Assembly: GCA_023261845.1 (NCBI GenBank)
Contig: JALNJZ010000002.1
Span: 128,001 to 192,000 of the forward strand
Reading direction: 5' to 3'
From: Candidatus Terraquivivens tengchongensis
GTDB lineage: Archaea; Thermoproteota; Nitrososphaeria_A; Caldarchaeales; Wolframiiraptoraceae
DNA: 64,000 nucleotides
A program made the position numbers and the translations under genes. The first letter of the stretch is position 1; each line of letters opens with the position of its first letter. The notes under the pieces were generated by a model. It worked only from the letters and a program-made list of their open reading frames with translations. It searched no databases and was not told where the DNA came from. Below are positions 59,151 through 64,000 of the stretch, piece by piece.

Positions 59151-60461
59151 CTAAGCGACCTTTTTCATGATGCTCTTAAGCGTGGAGATGTTAGTGAGGT
59201 AGCGTAGTCTCACGCCGATACTGTTCAGTCTCTCCGCCGCACCTTCTTCCCTATCGAATACGACGTAATATGCCAATACCTTTCCGCCTAACTCCGACAC
59301 GGCTTTTACACAAGCTTCCGCAGTCTCGCCCGTCGTCGTCAGGTCGTCAACACATATCACCTTATCGCCGTTTTGCACGACCCCCTCGACCCTCCTTCCA
59401 GTTCCGTAGCCCTTCTCTTTGTGTCTAACGTACACCAGCCCCTTGCATAACCTGTCAGCGACTATCGAGGCTATAGGTATGCCAGCAGTTTCTGTCGTGG
59501 CCACTTTATCGGCGTCCACGTTTCCTTCCATGCTTATCCTCACGAGCATGAGTTCAGCTATCTTACTTCTCGGTTCTGGGTGCGAGTAAAGAGCTCTAAT
59601 ATCAACATAGTAGTCGCTCTCCTTTCCGCTCGAAAGTATGAATGGCTTGTCTGGTGAGTAGCGGTAGACACCAGGGGTTCTGATAATTTCCAAGGCGGCA
59701 TTCATGCGTATCCAAGAATCGGTTAAGGTGTCCCTATACTCGGCCGCCACTTTTTTCGGCTCAGGCGAATCAACAACCGACCTGCCAATGTTCACTAGCA
59801 CATTCCAGCCACCATAAATGATTGCCTTCTCCAAGTCGCCGCCCTGCACACCTATGCCAGGGAAGAGGATTATAGGCCCTTCACCAACAACACTCCTTAT
59901 GGTGGCTATATCGTTCGCGGAGGCAGTCTCCGTTGCACTGACGACGAGACCGTCTGCTCCAGAAATTTTTGCATCTTCTGCAAGTATTTCAAAAAGCTTT
60001 TTACCACCCATGTCTAGCTTAAACAACCTTGCCGACTCGGGGTTAGATGGTAGGGTTACAGAAAATACGGCAAGCCCTAGGTCATGAGCCGTCTTGACAA
60101 CTTGACCGAGGTTTCCGAATATTGGGTTTACTGTAAGCCCATCATAGCCCATGTCCTTAACTATACTGATGCCCATGGTAGCCGTACTCGTTATGTCGGA
60201 TAACTTGCAATCGTATATCGTCAGTGTCCCGAGCGACTTGCAAAGCTGTGTAATCTCTTGGTGGTCCTCCATGCTCAAGTGTCTAGTGTAGTTCTCGTTC
60301 ACTTTGAAGGCTATAGCATAGGGCGCCGTCGACTCTACGAGTTGCTCCAACCTCTCTACGTACTCCTTTCTAGATTCTCCCCTCCTCTTCACGTCCAGTG
60401 AAATGCACATTATGCTGCCCTTTTGCCTCCTAAGCTCGGCGTACTTCCTCAAGAACGACAT
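59151..60461 (-). CDS. Bifunctional OMP decarboxylase - orotate phosphoribosyltransferase fusion (PyrF-PyrE)
   Basis: DCKLSDITST, FPGIGVQGG, NIGRSV; LSSGKESDYYVDIR, KEKGYGT, VDDLTTTGET. Confidence 0.9.
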   Translation of the reverse strand: MSFLRKYAELRRQKGSIMCISLDVKRRGESRKEYVERLEQLVESTAPYAIAFKVNENYTRHLSMEDHQEITQLCKSLGTLTIYDCKLSDITSTATMGISIVKDMGYDGLTVNPIFGNLGQVVKTAHDLGLAVFSVTLPSNPESARLFKLDMGGKKLFEILAEDAKISGADGLVVSATETASANDIATIRSVVGEGPIILFPGIGVQGGDLEKAIIYGGWNVLVNIGRSVVDSPEPKKVAAEYRDTLTDSWIRMNAALEIIRTPGVYRYSPDKPFILSSGKESDYYVDIRALYSHPEPRSKIAELMLVRISMEGNVDADKVATTETAGIPIASIVADRLCKGLVYVRHKEKGYGTGRRVEGVVQNGDKVICVDDLTTTGETAEACVKAVSELGGKVLAYYVVFDREEGAAERLNSIGVRLRYLTNISTLKSIMKKVA

Positions 60462-60551
60462 CAGCACACCATCTCTCTGCTCATATGTATGCAAGGTCCT
60501 TATATTATCTATGTTGGCATTACGGGACGTTATGTTATCGCAACTTAAGCC

Positions 60552-62000
60552 CTAAGAAACTGGCGACCTACCGAGTCTTACGTTTCTGAGCCTTATAGCC
60601 GGGCCACCGAACCAGACTGGCATGCTCTGCATAGGCTCGCTCTTACCACAATAGCCAGCATAGAATTTGACATCTTTACCGACGGCATCGATCGACGAGT
60701 AAAGACCCTTAGTGGTCAACTCGATGGTCGGATTCCTCAGCATGGACTCGAGTTTACCGTTCTTTATCAGATATGCCTCCAGTCCAACGTATCTTTGATT
60801 CCATCTTCTGTCGTCAATGTTCCACTCCATGTATGAGCTTATGTAGACGCCGTATCTGACACCTTCTATCAATTCCTCGAGCGAGTAGTCTCCGGGCTTC
60901 ATGTAAGTATTGGCCATACGCACTATCGGCTCGACGCCGTAAAAGCTCGCTCTCGACGATCCGTTGCTGAGCGTGCCAAACTCGGCAGCTGTTTCCCTAT
61001 TGTGTAGCAACTCGTTTATCCTTCCTTTATCGATGAGCACTCTCTCCTTAGCCTCGACACATTCGTCATCGTAAAGATAATAGCCGAATGAGTTCGGTAG
61101 CCTAGGATCGTCTACGATAGTAACATGCTCCGAGCCTATGTATTCACCGATAAGCTCACGGGTCACGTAGGTCTCGCCGCCTTGTGCCGCCTCCCTTCCA
61201 AGGACCCTATCGGCCTCTAGGGGATGTCCGGCAGACTCGTGACAGATTATTCCAACGAGCTCAGGTCCCAATACGACATCGAGCGTGTCTGTAGGTGGCT
61301 CTACAGCATCTGTCAGAATCTTGGCTAGCTTCCCCGCCTCTTCTGAAATCCTCTCGTCGAGGAGCCATCTCTCAACCCTTTCCCAGCCTCCAGACTCTCC
61401 TATGTTCTCGAACCTTTGAACGGTTCCCTTTCCAGCCTTCGCCGCGGTCAGCATGTAGGAGAACATGACTCTCGGTATATGGCTATGGATGTTTGACCCC
61501 TCGGACGTGATTATGTGCTTCTCGGTTATTAAGTAGCCGACGCTTAAAACCCTCGCTGGAAGCTTTACATCGTTTCGAGAAGTTGCTTCAACGCTCCTAT
61601 CATCAACATCCTTGAGCAGCTCGACCTTTGAGTCAGGGTCAACATATTCAGGCTTTACCCTCGGCTTAATCGCATAGTTTGCCTTTACAGTCTTTACTTC
61701 TGCCATTCTGATGGGGCTTTTGACAGCTTTTGAGGAAGCTTTTGCAAGCGTGATAGCTCTAACAACAGCATCTTTTACATCCGCTTTTTTTGTCAGGTTT
61801 GTTGAGGCAAACCCCATGGAGCCGGAAACTATGGCCCTTATAGACAGGCCCCTACTTGCGCCGAACCCAGGCGCCTCGGGCACGCCGTTCCTTAGCGTGA
61901 ATTCCTCAAAAATATCCGACTGATACCTTACCTCCGCATAGGAGGCGCCCAGTTTCATAGCATAATTGACTGCATAACTTAGAAGGTCCTCCATCACCAT
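60552..62000 (-). CDS. tldD: TldD-family metalloprotease
   Basis: HESAGHPLEAD, YLYDDECV, RMANTY, CGKSEPMQ, GGPAIR. Confidence 0.9.
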   Translation of the reverse strand: MVMEDLLSYAVNYAMKLGASYAEVRYQSDIFEEFTLRNGVPEAPGFGASRGLSIRAIVSGSMGFASTNLTKKADVKDAVVRAITLAKASSKAVKSPIRMAEVKTVKANYAIKPRVKPEYVDPDSKVELLKDVDDRSVEATSRNDVKLPARVLSVGYLITEKHIITSEGSNIHSHIPRVMFSYMLTAAKAGKGTVQRFENIGESGGWERVERWLLDERISEEAGKLAKILTDAVEPPTDTLDVVLGPELVGIICHESAGHPLEADRVLGREAAQGGETYVTRELIGEYIGSEHVTIVDDPRLPNSFGYYLYDDECVEAKERVLIDKGRINELLHNRETAAEFGTLSNGSSRASFYGVEPIVRMANTYMKPGDYSLEELIEGVRYGVYISSYMEWNIDDRRWNQRYVGLEAYLIKNGKLESMLRNPTIELTTKGLYSSIDAVGKDVKFYAGYCGKSEPMQSMPVWFGGPAIRLRNVRLGRSPVS

Positions 62001-62033
62001 GGCTCAACATTCCAAAAAATCTTTAATTAATTT

Positions 62034-62303
62034 TTAAACCCTTTTTGGGAGGAATTTCTCCTGCTCTTTATCCCTTATGCTGAGTATGGCTTGGGCTCTA
62101 TGTAGCAACAGCCTAGCTTTTTGGTAGAGGCTCTTAGCCTGCTCCATCTCGCCTTCTGTAAGCTTCTGCTTGAGCATGAAATCTTCCAACTTTGAACTTA
62201 TCTCCTGAAGAATCTCTACCACGAGCTCGAGCCTGCTCTCGCTCTCTACAGACATCTGGCAAAACTTCAGCTCCTCCTCGATGTCTGCCAGCACCGTACT
62301 CAT
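62034..62303 (-). CDS. Hypothetical helical protein
   Basis: 89-aa ORF filling the intergenic space, with GGTGG upstream. Confidence 0.55.
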   Translation of the reverse strand: MSTVLADIEEELKFCQMSVESESRLELVVEILQEISSKLEDFMLKQKLTEGEMEQAKSLYQKARLLLHRAQAILSIRDKEQEKFLPKRV

Positions 62304-62425
62304 GCGGGTTGACCCACCTTCAGTATAATTTCAAAACGTGTCTATTAAGAGTTTTTCTGATAATGTAACGTGGGTTGCAAAGCTTTTATAAACCTGCCCT
62401 ATCCATCCTCTGGTTAAGCACGGAC

Positions 62426-63145
62426 ATGATAGGCCAACCGCAACACATTAAATCAGCAAAAGGCGAAGTTGCAGAAAGGGTTGTGGTTGCAGGAGACCCG
62501 GCTAGGGTTGTTCAACTTTCTAGAATGTTAGAAAGACCAAAACTCGTTAATGAAAACCGTGGCTTTTTGACATACACTGGTTACTTTAATGGTACACCAA
62601 TAACGGTTTCTTGTCACGGCGTTGGCGGCCCATCGTCTGCGATAGTTTTTGAGGAGCTTGTCATGTTGGGTGCCAAGGTCGTCGTTAGGCTTGGCACGAC
62701 TGGAGCATTTTTAAAGCACATGAAGATCGGCGAGGTGGTCATTCCGACTGGGGCAGCATACTTAGGGGGAACGCTTGCGCAGTACGTACCCGATGCCCAC
62801 ATAACCCCTGTTCCTAGCTTTGACGTGACGAATGAGTTGGTTAATACCGCAAGGGAGGAGGGGCTGACGTACCACATCGGGCCTGTATTCTCGAGCGATG
62901 CATTCTACGCTGAGGACCCTGAGTTCGTCAAGAGGTGGTCAAGCAAAGGCTACATATCCGTCGAGATGGAGTGTGCAACACTCTTCGGCCTCGGGATGCT
63001 ACGTGGTGTTAAAACAGGTGCTATGCTCCTCATAAGCGACAACTTGGCAGAGATGACGCCCATGGTAAATGCTGAATATCTTAAGCCATACGTCGAGAAG
63101 GCAGGAAGGGCAGTCTTCAAAGCACTCCTGAGGATAAAGCTCTAA
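62426..63145 (+). CDS. Purine nucleoside phosphorylase (DeoD/UDP family)
   Basis: VVAGDPAR, HGVGGPS, RLGTTG, SSDAFY, VEMECA; likely start ATG 62426. Confidence 0.9.
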   Translation: MIGQPQHIKSAKGEVAERVVVAGDPARVVQLSRMLERPKLVNENRGFLTYTGYFNGTPITVSCHGVGGPSSAIVFEELVMLGAKVVVRLGTTGAFLKHMKIGEVVIPTGAAYLGGTLAQYVPDAHITPVPSFDVTNELVNTAREEGLTYHIGPVFSSDAFYAEDPEFVKRWSSKGYISVEMECATLFGLGMLRGVKTGAMLLISDNLAEMTPMVNAEYLKPYVEKAGRAVFKALLRIKL

Positions 63146-63909
63146 GATACGCTCTCCAAAACCGACTTGAGCGACGTCACGAAGTCTGACACTTTTTTCT
63201 TCGCAACACTAGCAGTATTATCCTCTATTATATTGACTAGCTCGCTACCTACGACTATTCCGTCAACCATACCTACTAACGTCTTCGCATAGGACAGGTC
63301 TCTTATACCGAAACCAGCCACCAAAGATGTATTGCCGACCAGCCCCCTGACTCTTGTAATGGACTTAGCAGGATCTATGTAAGCTACTTCGCCCGTAACC
63401 GACGATATGCCGATATAAACAAATACTGGATTGTAGCTCGCCATAATCTTGATTGTATTATCTGGATAATTGTAGCTCGCGAAGAACAGTTTTTCGAGAT
63501 TTACGGTGTCGCAGGCTTTTGCATATTCGTCCAAAGCCGAAGGACCAACCATGCCCAAGTCCGGTATTAGCGCACTAGAAGCTCCAGTCTCTGCGACCGA
63601 ATGCATAAACTCCGTTAACTGTCCAGCGGTATTCAGATAACACAACAGTATTTTCGTTGCGTTAACGTTTTTAGCAATATCTAGCGCCATGCCCTTATCT
63701 ATACCCTGCTCCTTTACTCTCCAATAAGATAGCCTTATGCTCGTGCCGTCATAGATGGCGATTTTAGGTGGTATGCCAAGTTCAAGTATATCAGCACCAG
63801 AACTTTTGAGTATATCACAATATTCCATGAATGCATCAGGTGTCGGATATCCCAAAGTCATGTAGGTTATAAGACATTTCTTCTTTCTCGTAATTTCTCG
63901 TATGTTCAA
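63142..63909 (-). CDS. trpA: Tryptophan synthase alpha chain
   Basis: YMTLGYP, ILELGIPP..YDG, LIPDL, AGFGI, DGIVVGS; TTG start overlaps the trpF stop. Confidence 0.85.
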   Translation of the reverse strand: MNIREITRKKKCLITYMTLGYPTPDAFMEYCDILKSSGADILELGIPPKIAIYDGTSIRLSYWRVKEQGIDKGMALDIAKNVNATKILLCYLNTAGQLTEFMHSVAETGASSALIPDLGMVGPSALDEYAKACDTVNLEKLFFASYNYPDNTIKIMASYNPVFVYIGISSVTGEVAYIDPAKSITRVRGLVGNTSLVAGFGIRDLSYAKTLVGMVDGIVVGSELVNIIEDNTASVAKKKVSDFVTSLKSVLESVS

Positions 63910-64000
63910 CAAACCTCGCACCGTTTTGCATTCTTTACGAATTCAAAAATCTTTTTTCTGTCCTTTATACCGGGACTGACCTCTACACCGGACGATACGT
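63906..64000 (-). CDS. trpF: Phosphoribosylanthranilate isomerase, C-terminal end (rest outside window)
   Basis: Manual translation VSSGVEVSPGIKDRKKIFEFVKNAKRCEVC*. Confidence 0.8.
   Translation of the reverse strand, partial: VSSGVEVSPGIKDRKKIFEFVKNAKRCEVC

Noticed and set aside
2211-62877. Numerous short antisense/overlapping ORFs in the track (e.g. 3029-3424, 30868-31305, 50417-51028, 54185-54703)
   Set aside because: Shadow ORFs of well-supported genes, with no recognisable motifs
63836-63930. Possible frameshift at the trpF/trpA junction
   Set aside because: Careful reading gives a normal trpF stop at 63906-63908 overlapping the trpA TTG
1-64000. CRISPR array or cas genes
   Set aside because: No regularly spaced direct repeats or recognisable Cas motifs were seen

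Overview
Archaeal chromosomal window, most consistent with a TACK/Aigarchaeota (Caldarchaeales-like) lineage. Supporting signs are a Caldiarchaeum-type ubiquitin, an arcadin-1-like gene, an unlinked 5S rRNA and a tRNA with a non-canonical intron. Most of it is housekeeping: carAB, a modified-mevalonate operon (ubiX/ubiD/AcnX large and small subunits), aIF-1A/Rio1/Pno1/top6B, glyS, endA, two ADP-forming acyl-CoA synthetases, a pyrF-pyrE fusion and trpA/trpF. The main feature is a eukaryote-like ubiquitylation locus (~26.1-32.1 kb). Its core (Rpn11-like JAMM, pro-ubiquitin, E2, E1, small RING E3) is the known Caldiarchaeum arrangement. Here it is flanked by three unexplained coiled-coil proteins (one possibly CdvA-like) and a second RING protein with about four transmembrane helices, suggesting membrane-directed ubiquitylation. 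Other items of note are a threonine-synthase-fold/PadR fusion lacking the PLP lysine, a CysM-Mec-radical SAM cluster with no sulfur carrier, and an HTH plus membrane-anchored wHTH pair behind a palindrome-rich intergenic region. There is also a decayed accessory region with ABC-transporter and viral terminase relics, and three frameshifted genes. All family calls come from manual motif recognition; no database searches were run.
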